Below, piece after piece: positions 49,817 through 60,000 of a stretch of DNA of 64,000 bases (position 1 is the stretch's first letter; each line of letters opens with the position of its first letter). This DNA comes from Schizochytrium sp. TIO01. Its lineage: Eukaryota > Protista > Bigyra: Labyrinthulomycetes. A program made the position numbers and the translations under genes. Under the pieces are notes generated by a model. It did no database searches. It was given only the letters and a program-made list of their open reading frames with translations, and was not told the DNA's origin. The stretch is taken from contig SMSO01000034.1 in the NCBI GenBank assembly GCA_004764695.1, forward strand, positions 558,001 to 622,000, given 5' to 3'.

Positions 49817-51232
49817 ATGGGCTCTGAGGATGCGAGCACGTGGATTTCAGGGGCTGTGAGGGATGGTGCACTAGTAGAAGCAAGTCAAAGGGTAGTTAAT
49901 GGTGTCGTCACAACAACCTCGCTGTACCCGTTCATGGCCTCACTCATTGTGAGTAGTGCTAATAAGACGGTGACATGCTCTGGGACTTATGTGGGAACCT
50001 ACGACAGTGCCGCATGGGTGCTTACTGCAGGCCATTGTCTCGTTGATGAACCAACTTCAATTCAAGCTTATTTCCTCCGAGAGGTTTTTCTACAGGCAAG
50101 TGATGACGAGATCGAGCTTGAAGCCAGCAAGTTCTTCATCCACTCGGGTTTTAAAGATGAGACTGGGGATAATGGGAGTATCTACAACGATCTCGGCATC
50201 ATCCGCTTTCCACTCTCTTCGAACACCACGCTCCCGTTTGACCCAGTGGCGCTAGCAACAGAGGGCTCTGAAGTAGACCACGGAGCGGATCTCTCCATTG
50301 TGGGATGGGGAGTACTCACGGAAGACCAGAGTGCATCAACGCAACGTGCTCTGCACAATGCTACTTTAGATGCTATCTGCACAAAGCAATGTCAACACAG
50401 CTTTTTCTCAACTAATGTCGACATAATCACAGAGGAACATATCTGCGCAGGAAGTACCGGATCTAGCATATGCTATGGCGACTCTGGAGGCCCTCTGTTG
50501 TATAAAACCCCCACTGGAACATTCGTACAGGTCGGAGTTGCATCATTTTCCGCAACATGTGACTCATCCAAGCCTAATGTATTCACCCGCATGTCTACCT
50601 ATACGGATCTCATTAAAACTTCTGTACCAACAATTAATTCCACTGACGTTGATGCCGCAGGCAGTGGTGTCTGCGACCTCAAATTCAGGCTTGGACTTTC
50701 TTTTGCTATTATAGGGTTTGTGTTACTAACTACGCTTTTATCAATCTGGGCTTGGCGTTGCGATCGAGCCAAACAGCGCGCCTCGCTTAGAGAAATGAAT
50801 ACTACCGATAATCAGCTTGCTGCCTATAACGAATCACTCGCTGGATCAAAGCAGACCCGTCGAGAATTGGGAACAGGTTGCAGCAATAAATCCGGCTCTT
50901 CATCTTCATCAGGGGAAATTTATGGTGCTGGTTCAACGATAGGCCATCACAATAGAACAGGCAGCGATGTTGACGACGATGATGACTCCACTGACGTTGA
51001 TGATGATCATCCGTACCGTTCAAGAAGCCACGGAAGTAGTTCCAGCGCAGGTACTAGTAGCTCAAACCACAGCCCAAGCGACCTACGCCACACAGAGACG
51101 TTCGCACGTCCAGAGCGCCCCCCAAAAGAAGGGCGCATTCATGCACTTTCTGCATCGATGGCTGGTTTTTGGCATTCAAAATTTAAGCGCAGTGACAAAG
51201 AAGGCTCTAGTGATGATCACGCAGTAGTTTAA
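49817..51232 (+). CDS. S1 (trypsin/chymotrypsin-fold) serine protease with transmembrane helix and long low-complexity tail (471 aa)
   Basis: Activation site SQR|VVNG. Triad LTAGHC (His), NDLGII (Asp), CYGDSGGPL (Ser). Also VGWG, ICAG, VGVASF, PNVFTR. TM segment LGLSFAIIGFVLLTTLLSIWAW followed by basic RCDRAKQR. Confidence 0.93.
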   Translation: MGSEDASTWISGAVRDGALVEASQRVVNGVVTTTSLYPFMASLIVSSANKTVTCSGTYVGTYDSAAWVLTAGHCLVDEPTSIQAYFLREVFLQASDDEIELEASKFFIHSGFKDETGDNGSIYNDLGIIRFPLSSNTTLPFDPVALATEGSEVDHGADLSIVGWGVLTEDQSASTQRALHNATLDAICTKQCQHSFFSTNVDIITEEHICAGSTGSSICYGDSGGPLLYKTPTGTFVQVGVASFSATCDSSKPNVFTRMSTYTDLIKTSVPTINSTDVDAAGSGVCDLKFRLGLSFAIIGFVLLTTLLSIWAWRCDRAKQRASLREMNTTDNQLAAYNESLAGSKQTRRELGTGCSNKSGSSSSSGEIYGAGSTIGHHNRTGSDVDDDDDSTDVDDDHPYRSRSHGSSSSAGTSSSNHSPSDLRHTETFARPERPPKEGRIHALSASMAGFWHSKFKRSDKEGSSDDHAVV

Positions 51233-53264
51233 TCTTCATCGACTGTGGCGCACTAGCTTTTGATCCTTAGAAAAAGAACCACCTTCGAAGAGCTTCCGCA
51301 TACTGGCTATCTATTCGACTCAATTTGGGCAAGCTGTCCTTATAATTTCTATGCACACTTCCTGCATGAAAGCCTACGTCTGTGCCATTTGTTTCTCATT
51401 TTGTGACTGTAGATGTTGTGGCTTCTATCTGATTCGAGAGCAATTAGAGCCTACGAAAGGAGTCTTCGCTGCACAACAGCACATTGTTAGAGCCCACTTT
51501 CGACTTTGGGCTATTCTGTTTTATGTGTTTTCTTTCTCAAGCTATCTACCTGCACACATCAAGCAAGCAAGCGAGGCGAACGAACGAATGAATGAACGCC
51601 TACTCTGAGCGTTTTTGTACTTCTATTTGCAGATCAGAGCATTGTCTCAGAACCTTGTTGCAAATCAAACCAAACCTGCACCAAATTCTTAAGCGCCAAC
51701 CCGAGTGCGTTCGATTCCTTCACCTTTCAGGTAGACGACCACCCTGATAAAGACTGAGAGCTCGAGTTCGCCTGAGCCTGCGAGAGCTTCATCGAAATAC
51801 TTTCTTTCGAACAAATGAGGATCATTTGCTCCTCAGCAGTAGTTTGCCTATCCTGATCTCGTTTGCCGAGCTCTCGCAACCCCATGCTCGCTAGCGGCTC
51901 AAACCTTCTGCGTAGTCGTAAGAGGTACCTATAAACTTGCGATTGCTTTTCTGAATTTATTGGAAGGGGTCCAAAGGAGAAGCCTAGAGCCCCTCTCGTG
52001 ACAATGATGTCTGAGAAAGATCTTTCGCAGATCTGATGCCTGAGCCCCTGACGTTAAACTTCCCTCAATTAGACTTGATTATCATGACCAAATAAAGATA
52101 TGTGTATCAACTGTGTTTACCAATGCTTTCTCTCATCCTAAGAATAGAAGTAGTGCACTGTTCGCAATTCCTACATTCTTCTGCATGGAACTGCAGAAGA
52201 TGTGTCCTTCTGTCACACTCGCCAGTCTTCGTGCCTTGTCTTGGTGGCATATGGTACTATTAGATAGGCATTTTCCTTGCTTCTGCTCGGGATATTGAGA
52301 TAAATTTCAAGATCTTTTACTCTGCAAAAGCTTCCTCTCCATGCTTGATAAGCTCCAAAATAATATTAATCCCCGCTACGATATCTATGATTTCTATGTG
52401 ATCTTCTGCTAGTACCATCATCATCAACAACTATTGCCACAAGCCAACCTGGCGACGAAATCGTCGAGAATGGCTGCGGCCATCGAGAGCTTCGGTCCTC
52501 CCACCTTGATTAGCCCTATTAGATTGAATCGTTGTCAATGTATCGAATCCTTGCCTTCCTCTGCTTGAACTCGCACAGTCACAATGGTTTTGGTGTGTGA
52601 AGCACAACCAAAGCACAGCTCAAGCTCTGTGGGCAGCTTTTTAAAAGAAGTATCGCTTAATGCTTACAGTAGTAGCGATAAGTTTTACCATATATATATT
52701 TCTAACAAATATATAAATTGATTAAATAGAATTAAAAAGCACAGTGGTCTCTAGTAGGCAGATAGGCATTTGCTCCGTCTTGACATTGCAAATTAACCTG
52801 ACAAAGCAGCGGCGAACCCGCGGGAAGGGAGCTTCTAGAACAGTTGATACACGAGATGCTTCTTTGGATAGTTCTATGTATGATCGATTGATGGCATTGA
52901 TTCTTTGATTCACTCCTCCCACTTCTTCGCAATGCTTGATCTTGAAGCTTAGATGTCCCAGAACGAACGCAATGGCTTGATATACACCGAGTCCACTGCA
53001 CTCGGAACATGGTGTTATAGTTTTGTGTCTATTACAAGATTAGAGGCAAGTAGGCGAAGCGGAGCGCGTGGGCATCATCTTACGCGCGGGAAACGACTCG
53101 GCAAATGGTGAGCTTCGAATTACAATTTGAAGGCAATCCTTAGATTAAACAGAAAGCCGGGGACCGGAAGGCCAAAGCAAAAGCGAAAGCAAAACCAAAA
53201 CTCCAAATCAAAACTCAATCAGCAACACCAAGGAATTTGTTAAGTAAACTCTAAAGAAGACATC

Positions 53265-53576
53265 ATGGGTTACGATAACCAGCAGCAGACCACCCAGACC
53301 TCCGCCGTGAACAACGTGCCGGAGACCATGCCCAAGGATGCTGACCCGTCCAAGTGGAACTCTGTCAACAACCCGTACCCTCAGCCGGTCAAGCCGGAGA
53401 ACTTCCCTGAGAAGGAGACCAGCACCGGCGAGCCCCAGGCTACTGATGCCCATGTCAAAGAGCTCCTCGAGGCTGCTGCCCACAAAGAGGAGATCCAGGC
53501 TGCCTCCGGTGACAAGTGCGCTCAGATGACCATCGATAACAAGAAGCAGATGGAGCAGGAGAAACAGCAGCAGTAA
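53265..53576 (+). CDS. Small hydrophilic uncharacterised protein (103 aa), probably highly expressed
   Basis: Strong C/G third-position codon bias (AAC, CAG, ACC, GAG, AAG) against AT-rich flanks. CA-rich leader and atcATGg start context. No recognisable domain. Confidence 0.8.
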   Translation: MGYDNQQQTTQTSAVNNVPETMPKDADPSKWNSVNNPYPQPVKPENFPEKETSTGEPQATDAHVKELLEAAAHKEEIQAASGDKCAQMTIDNKKQMEQEKQQQ

Positions 53577-54671
53577 ATCGTAAATTATGAACCTAGATAT
53601 CACAATTTATTACCCTGTAAATCCATCCATTCACATTTCTAATGCCACGTCAGGAATCCCTCCCTTTCTGGTATGCTTGTTCCTTCCTTGCTCACAAACA
53701 CATGTCAGAATCGTATACAATAGTAGCTTTAATTGCATCTATATGGCATGAGCCTAGATTCTCTCACTTCCGAATGTACTCAGACCTTACACAGATTTTA
53801 CATTCTCCAAGGTTGACCTTGAAGTGGATACTCCAGATTCTGCTAACTTGAAACTGAAGATTGCACTACGCCCCCAGATCTTCTGACTTGTGCACTTCGA
53901 ACTTGTTTAAAGGATACATAGTTGGACTTTACACAACTTGATTGCTAGATATCTCTGGCCCATGTGCTTGTTTACTTGCTTACATTCGTCAACAGGGATT
54001 GCAAATAATGATCCAACGCTGAATTCTGGTCATTTTAAACCTTTGTATTTTTTCGAATACAGAACTTGAGCACCCAAATGTGTGGTTCAAAAAGTTTCTT
54101 TTAGCTCAGCAATGATATAGCGACGAGTAGACTCTCAGATCACAATGAATCACATCCGGTCGGCTTTTGTATAAAAGGCATATGCCTACTTGTTGAAGAG
54201 TGGCTGCATGTTATATTGGGTAAGAGAAATCAAATAGATGTGGGAGGAGCGCTAAGTCGTAATACCATATAGAGGTAAATAGACACAGATAGTAGCAGTA
54301 GTTAATACAAAAGCGCACACTCTTGTGAACACTATGTCTTTAAATATAGCAATTATGAATCAACTAATGCATGTGATAGCAAATAAAACTATTTTAATAT
54401 AAACGGACTAGGTAAAATAGCTCTCTGTGCACGTGCGATCAATGAGCAATACTTTGTTTTCAATATAGGGGACAATAAGGATCAGCAAACCAGGTTCACT
54501 CGCCACGAAAGAACTATCAGCGTCTACTTGACGCTTGGCAGAGAGAACGCGTGTGTCTATTCTCCTCGCGGAGCTGTGCTGCTGATACAGCACTGAAAAC
54601 GGCAACCTGCAACGTTTGACGGACCATATCACGCCTGCTGAACGAAGGAGGAGTGCACGCACCCACATTGT

Positions 54672-57044
54672 ATGTGCACCACAACGATAATGGCCGCCAG
54701 CAATACGCTCAATTGCAGCTTCACACGGAGGTTGAAGACAATCTTGGCGCTTGTGATAGCCCAAACGGCGATCCTGGCAAGATTAAGCAACGCTTTCAAT
54801 CAGCTAAATGAGGCTTCATCGGACAGCCATGAGCGCCGGAGCCTTTACATCGGCGACACATGGACACAAAGCTCAGAAAGCCAAAGCGCTCTAGTGCTTG
54901 TGGTGCTGCCATCAGACGAAGATTCTAGCACGGATCCAGGAACAGCGTATTGGACGACCAAACAAGAACAGTTGCAAAATGTGACAGACTTTTTCAACGC
55001 AAACTCGGGTGGCACACAAGTAATAGATTTCGAATTGCCCACCACCCTTATGGTGAGCAGCGACTTCACCCGTGCCGACTGCTCATCGAGCTCTTCATGT
55101 CCAGATGGTGTCCAGGTTGCAGCAAACCTTATCAGTGCATATAACGCATCAGCGAGCTATGACCGTGTGGTCCTGGCCTATCGGGATGGGTGCTCATGTC
55201 TCTCAACCGCGTCGACTGATGTCCTTGGATCGGTTGTCCAAATTGGAGCAAGTGATGAAAGCGAGTTGTTTTCAGAAATAGTTGCACGAGGCATTGCCCA
55301 TACTAATGGTGCAAGCCGAGGATCACCGGATGACGATTTGTACAATAACCCATTCAGCGTAATGGGTGGTGACGCGGGTCTCCCAGAAGGCCATTTTACT
55401 GTTTTAGGAAAGGTCGCCTTCGGATGGCTAGACCCAGCAACGCAGGTTTCAACCTTTGCGCGAGCTGACCACCCCGAATGTGGCCCTGTAGATGGTGGAT
55501 CGTGTACGGAGTCTGGGCAGGTTTGGCTTGAAGCACATGATGTTGGTGGAACTTATGATGACACGAAGGTTTATGCACTTCGCATCTATACTGGTCTTCG
55601 AGGTACTGCACTATGGGTTGAATATCGCAAAGCCTACCGGGATATAAATGGTCTCACTGGTGCTATAATGACTTGGGGCCCTGAGAATCCACCTTTAGGT
55701 GAAGCAGGTAGCGATGCTATGCTTCTCTCTAGATATGGCCCAGCTCAAACCATCCGTTACAGACTGGGAGATGATGATGTCACCGACTACGAAATTCCTG
55801 TCGGTGGAAGCTTTGTGTATGACCTTGATGGCACTGCTGTGGAAATCCGTGTGCTTGCTCGGGACGATGATGATGGAGCTTCGACTGGCCGATTGCAAAT
55901 TGAAATAGCAATGCTTGATAGAACGTTTGAACGTAGTTATCCGTATCCCACAACAGAGGAGTCTGAAGAGGATGGTGGCCCTATTCGTGAAGCGGGTGTT
56001 ATTGCATGCGAACACTCAAGATGGCTATATCTTAGTAATGAGACTATTGCCGAAGATAGTTTCTTTTTGTATCGTCTTACGGTACCGGACCCACGCGAAG
56101 TAACTTTTCAACAATACAGTTGCCGTGCAGGATCGAGCGGAGTTGATTTTGCTACCCTGTATGTTTATGATGCGTATCCAATTCATTTGATGCGCCAAGC
56201 TAATCGTGGAGAGACTGTAGATGTTGCGGTTGGAGCAATCGGTGCATTTGATGTAACATGCAATGGCGCAGTTCACAATTTCGAGATCGATCTTCTCAAT
56301 GATTATAGTTTAGAGGAAGAACCTTACAGGCCGATGGCTCTTGACTATTATGTGGTCATGTATCGCTCTAGTGATGAAGATGAGCCCCTGTTATCGCGCC
56401 TTTGGTTTGAAGTTACATGCTCGACCGGTGATATAGATTGTCGTGACAACTTTTATACAAATCGTACAGGGGATTGTCTCCAATGCACCTCAGGTCTTGA
56501 ATCTGTACTAGGATCGAATAGCGAAGATGATTGTTTCGAGAGTGCTGCGTCTGTGTCACTGGAGTGGAGTGTACAAACAACTCTAAGTGGCACATATGTT
56601 CAGTCTGAAGCCTCACATGGGGCTGCACCTGTTTTTGTGCGCTCATCTCCATCTGTTGCATACTTGCTAAAGAGCAGCGAAGAAGGAACATGGGGTGTTC
56701 TCACTGCATCTAGCCTAGAAGCAGATTATGCTAATCCCACTCTTGTTGAGCTTCCTGTGCTTTCCAGTTTACACCGCCATCCCATGGCAGCCGGTTCGAC
56801 CCTTACAAGCAGTACTAGCTCTGAGACTGTAACGCTTTCAGCCGTTGCATCGTCTACATCTTCATACGTAGATCCGTACGGTAATTCTTTTACTGCGACA
56901 TATTTGGGTTGGTCTTTTCATAACTATGTACCTAGTGAATCTGACCTCACAGGGGTTCCTTCGAGCGCTTTGCGCCAAATACAGCCAGTTTCCACAGTTT
57001 TCTGTACATTTTTGCTCGGTTCTATTTTCCGATTGGCCTTTTAA
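54672..57044 (+). CDS. Cell-surface M11/M6-like metzincin homolog with degenerate zinc motif, probable GPI anchor (790 aa)
   Basis: Long uninterrupted ORF; the start may be ATG 54690. Hydrophobic N-terminal leader. ARGIAHTNGASR sits in place of HExxHxxGxxH, followed by YNNPFSVMG (Met-turn), HF...K..FGWL and LWVEYR. Cys-rich CRDNFY...CLQC...DDC module. Hydrophobic C-terminus VFCTFLLGSIFRLAF. Confidence 0.85.
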   Translation: MCTTTIMAASNTLNCSFTRRLKTILALVIAQTAILARLSNAFNQLNEASSDSHERRSLYIGDTWTQSSESQSALVLVVLPSDEDSSTDPGTAYWTTKQEQLQNVTDFFNANSGGTQVIDFELPTTLMVSSDFTRADCSSSSSCPDGVQVAANLISAYNASASYDRVVLAYRDGCSCLSTASTDVLGSVVQIGASDESELFSEIVARGIAHTNGASRGSPDDDLYNNPFSVMGGDAGLPEGHFTVLGKVAFGWLDPATQVSTFARADHPECGPVDGGSCTESGQVWLEAHDVGGTYDDTKVYALRIYTGLRGTALWVEYRKAYRDINGLTGAIMTWGPENPPLGEAGSDAMLLSRYGPAQTIRYRLGDDDVTDYEIPVGGSFVYDLDGTAVEIRVLARDDDDGASTGRLQIEIAMLDRTFERSYPYPTTEESEEDGGPIREAGVIACEHSRWLYLSNETIAEDSFFLYRLTVPDPREVTFQQYSCRAGSSGVDFATLYVYDAYPIHLMRQANRGETVDVAVGAIGAFDVTCNGAVHNFEIDLLNDYSLEEEPYRPMALDYYVVMYRSSDEDEPLLSRLWFEVTCSTGDIDCRDNFYTNRTGDCLQCTSGLESVLGSNSEDDCFESAASVSLEWSVQTTLSGTYVQSEASHGAAPVFVRSSPSVAYLLKSSEEGTWGVLTASSLEADYANPTLVELPVLSSLHRHPMAAGSTLTSSTSSETVTLSAVASSTSSYVDPYGNSFTATYLGWSFHNYVPSESDLTGVPSSALRQIQPVSTVFCTFLLGSIFRLAF

Positions 57045-60000
57045 TGTTCATGGTCTTTGGTTGCCAAAAATTTCTTTTTACAAGTTGTATCAAGTCTTGG
57101 ACATCTTCCTCTGCAAAATTTTCAACGTGGTGCTGGTGCAAGACTGATTACTCACTTTGTTTCGTCATCTTGGAAAGCACAATTATGTTTTTTGTTCACT
57201 TTTTATAATCATGTTTTGCCTTCTTCTAAAATTTCATTTACTATATTAATGCTACTGTGCTTTCCTTATTGAGACCAACATCGAAATTCGTTTTGATTTC
57301 TCTCTCTCTCTCTTGATGTCCCTCTCAAATCATGTCTTGATTAACTATCCAACATCTTCAAGCTAAAATTAACTCCTAAATTTTCACCATGCTGCCTAGC
57401 TAAATGTGAAGTGATTTCGCACGCCCAGATTTGAAGAGCGTGCGCTTGTACGTGCTCCTGTCAAGCTGGCTTTCAGCACACGCCCACATGAATGATAAGA
57501 CAGAACATAGACTGTCTAAAAGCATGGCCAGTAATAGTCATACATTATTTTGCGACAAAATTCCTATTCGCACTACATTTGAGCCAATAAGGAGCCCCAG
57601 TGATTGTATGAAAGCTCTCTAAGCGCCAAACAAGAAAGTATGCGAGCGAGCGAGGGATGGAGGTTTAGGCTATCATGATCAGTTGCAGCTACTCTTAATA
57701 GGTCTTCTTGTAAAGAAGTCTGCTTTAATCGCGACATACGCACCCTCTTCTACCTACCAGGTCCCTCTTTCGAGCGGCAGCGCGGGCTAGAGCGTGGACT
57801 GGCTCGAGCTCCCGCGTTTAGAGCATGAACAATCGATCAAACATTGGATTTGTATCTTGGGTGGTCTCACCAAATAGCCGGCGTACGAAGTGATTTGCTT
57901 TTATGCCGTCAGCTTTGATCCCTAATCTCCCTTAGCCTAAAATTTAGAACTCAGTTTTTCGTACAATTTTCATTATCGTAATCATTCTTTACAAAAACAG
58001 CAGTAACAACATTTTGAAAATCGATTCATCAGATCGTGATTCATATTTCTAGCATCGTCACGATACCGAGCCTGAAACAACCTCAAAAGCTGAAGAGTCT
58101 ATGCACAAGCGCATACGACGTCTTTCGAGGTCTTGCAACCAAACTCGTAATGAAAAGCACTTTTACTGAACTTTTAATACAACTCTAATCATCCATGATT
58201 TGTTGCGATGTGCAATTTTTGATTTGCAAACCTTAAAGTCTCTTGAGTTTCTTTTTTCGTTTCCTTCTTTTTGGTCCTTGGGTATGAAATATTTTGTTCC
58301 TTTTTTTGCTTTCTTTCTTGATAGTAAGTAAATATAAAGTTATAACAGGCTATCCCCGTGTGCAAGCTTCGAGCACCTGGTGCTGCTCGAGGTAAATGCG
58401 AAGACCCCTGACTGTTTAGCTTTTATATTCATAGCCGAGGCCTAGGAACGAGCTAGCTCAAGCAAGTGTTGCTCTGTTGTGAGGGTTGGTGGCTCTGTCA
58501 ATCGCAAGTTGTGAGTGGACTGCCTCCATTACAGATTTTTTGTTGTAGCGCACACCCTCGGAAGTAAGCGAGGACAGCACTGGGTAGGTACACAAACATT
58601 GGTGACAGCCTTGTACTAACAAGTGTTTATTTGGGCTTGGGCTTTTACCCAAATTAAAAGACTGCAATGTGTTGCCTGACAAGTTATTAGAAGAGCATAA
58701 ATATTGAACTAGGTATTCAAGAACTGAATGAGAAGCTGCTATGTTGCAAATGCAGACATTCTACAACAAGAACACCCGATTGGTCAGACTCTGCCAGTGG
58801 GTGAATAACTTTGCAGCTGAATATAGTTAGTTTAAATCTTGAGTAGAAGAAGCTGTCGTCTTTACAATGGTAGCAGTCCGATGCGAAGTAGTCGTAGGGT
58901 GGAGCTCCATCACTTATTACAGAGATGATCTTGGCAGAAGCAATATCCTAGTAGGTACCTATTACTACCTAGTGTGCTCGATCTACGAGCACATCCTATT
59001 ACACCGAGAGCACTCTGTTTATTTTATGTTTAAATTAATAAAGACAGAGCACTCAGTCTTGAGTCATCATGAACAGAAGGCGATGGTTCATTGCTCTCTA
59101 CGTCAAGGACCGTGAAGTTATACTACTGCAATGAAGAACTGCTTGCAGCGTAGTCTCAGATCTATTGATTTCGTAATCTCTAGGTGCTTATGATGACCCA
59201 CCCCATCAGCCAGCACCTGCGCAGAAACAGTGGAGCGAGTCCCCGGTGGAGCCCTAGTTTTGCCTAGAGACAATGATTCTGGTGGATGAGCATTGATCTT
59301 TGGACCACCATGGTGCAATAAAATTCCATTTTTTACGTATTCCTGAATTTCTAAGCGAGAAAACAGCAAGCCAACTGAACAACTGGAGGAACCAAAGAAC
59401 GGCACAGGCTGAGAGGAGGCCACGTCAGTGCCGCCTCCAACACGAATACCTCAATCATCAGCAACCCCAAATACTCGGAAGAGCTATAGTCTTGTGCCTT
59501 GCAGATTGGCCTATTCATTCACTTTTCAGTTTGTTTGAGTGTGCGATCGGGTAATCTATAAAGGTTGATTAAGTCATTAGCCTGCACGTGTGGGGTCAGC
59601 GCGTGTCGGCCCGCCGCGGCGAGGGTACTTTATAGGAGCAGGGTGTGTGCGCACAATACAACTTCTTGGGTTGCAATACCCTTGTTTGGTTAAGAGCATC
59701 GGAAATAAGACATTCATAATAGCAACTTGCTACAATTCCAAATACCTTGCTCATAGTAGTAGAGATAGGTTTGAGGTCAATACAATCAAGGCTAGATAAG
59801 GTCACTGGTGGATGCGCACAGAACAACAACATGAACTTGAACAGTGCTTTTCTTTTCTTTTCTTTTTTAAACATTGGTACCCATGCTGTTGATGATGATG
59901 ATGCTGCAAGATGAAACCCCAAAACCTCAAGTTGGTCTTCCCGTTTAATCAATAGGTATTGGAGCCTGGCAATTATAGATCCTTTAAAAGCCGTGAGGAA

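Noticed and set aside
51700-51725. GTTCGATTCC resembling a tRNA T-loop / Pol III B-box
   Set aside because: No flanking T-stem, cloverleaf or A-box could be built.
53208-53603. 131-aa hydrophobic minus-strand ORF
   Set aside because: Antisense mirror of the codon-biased 103-aa + gene.
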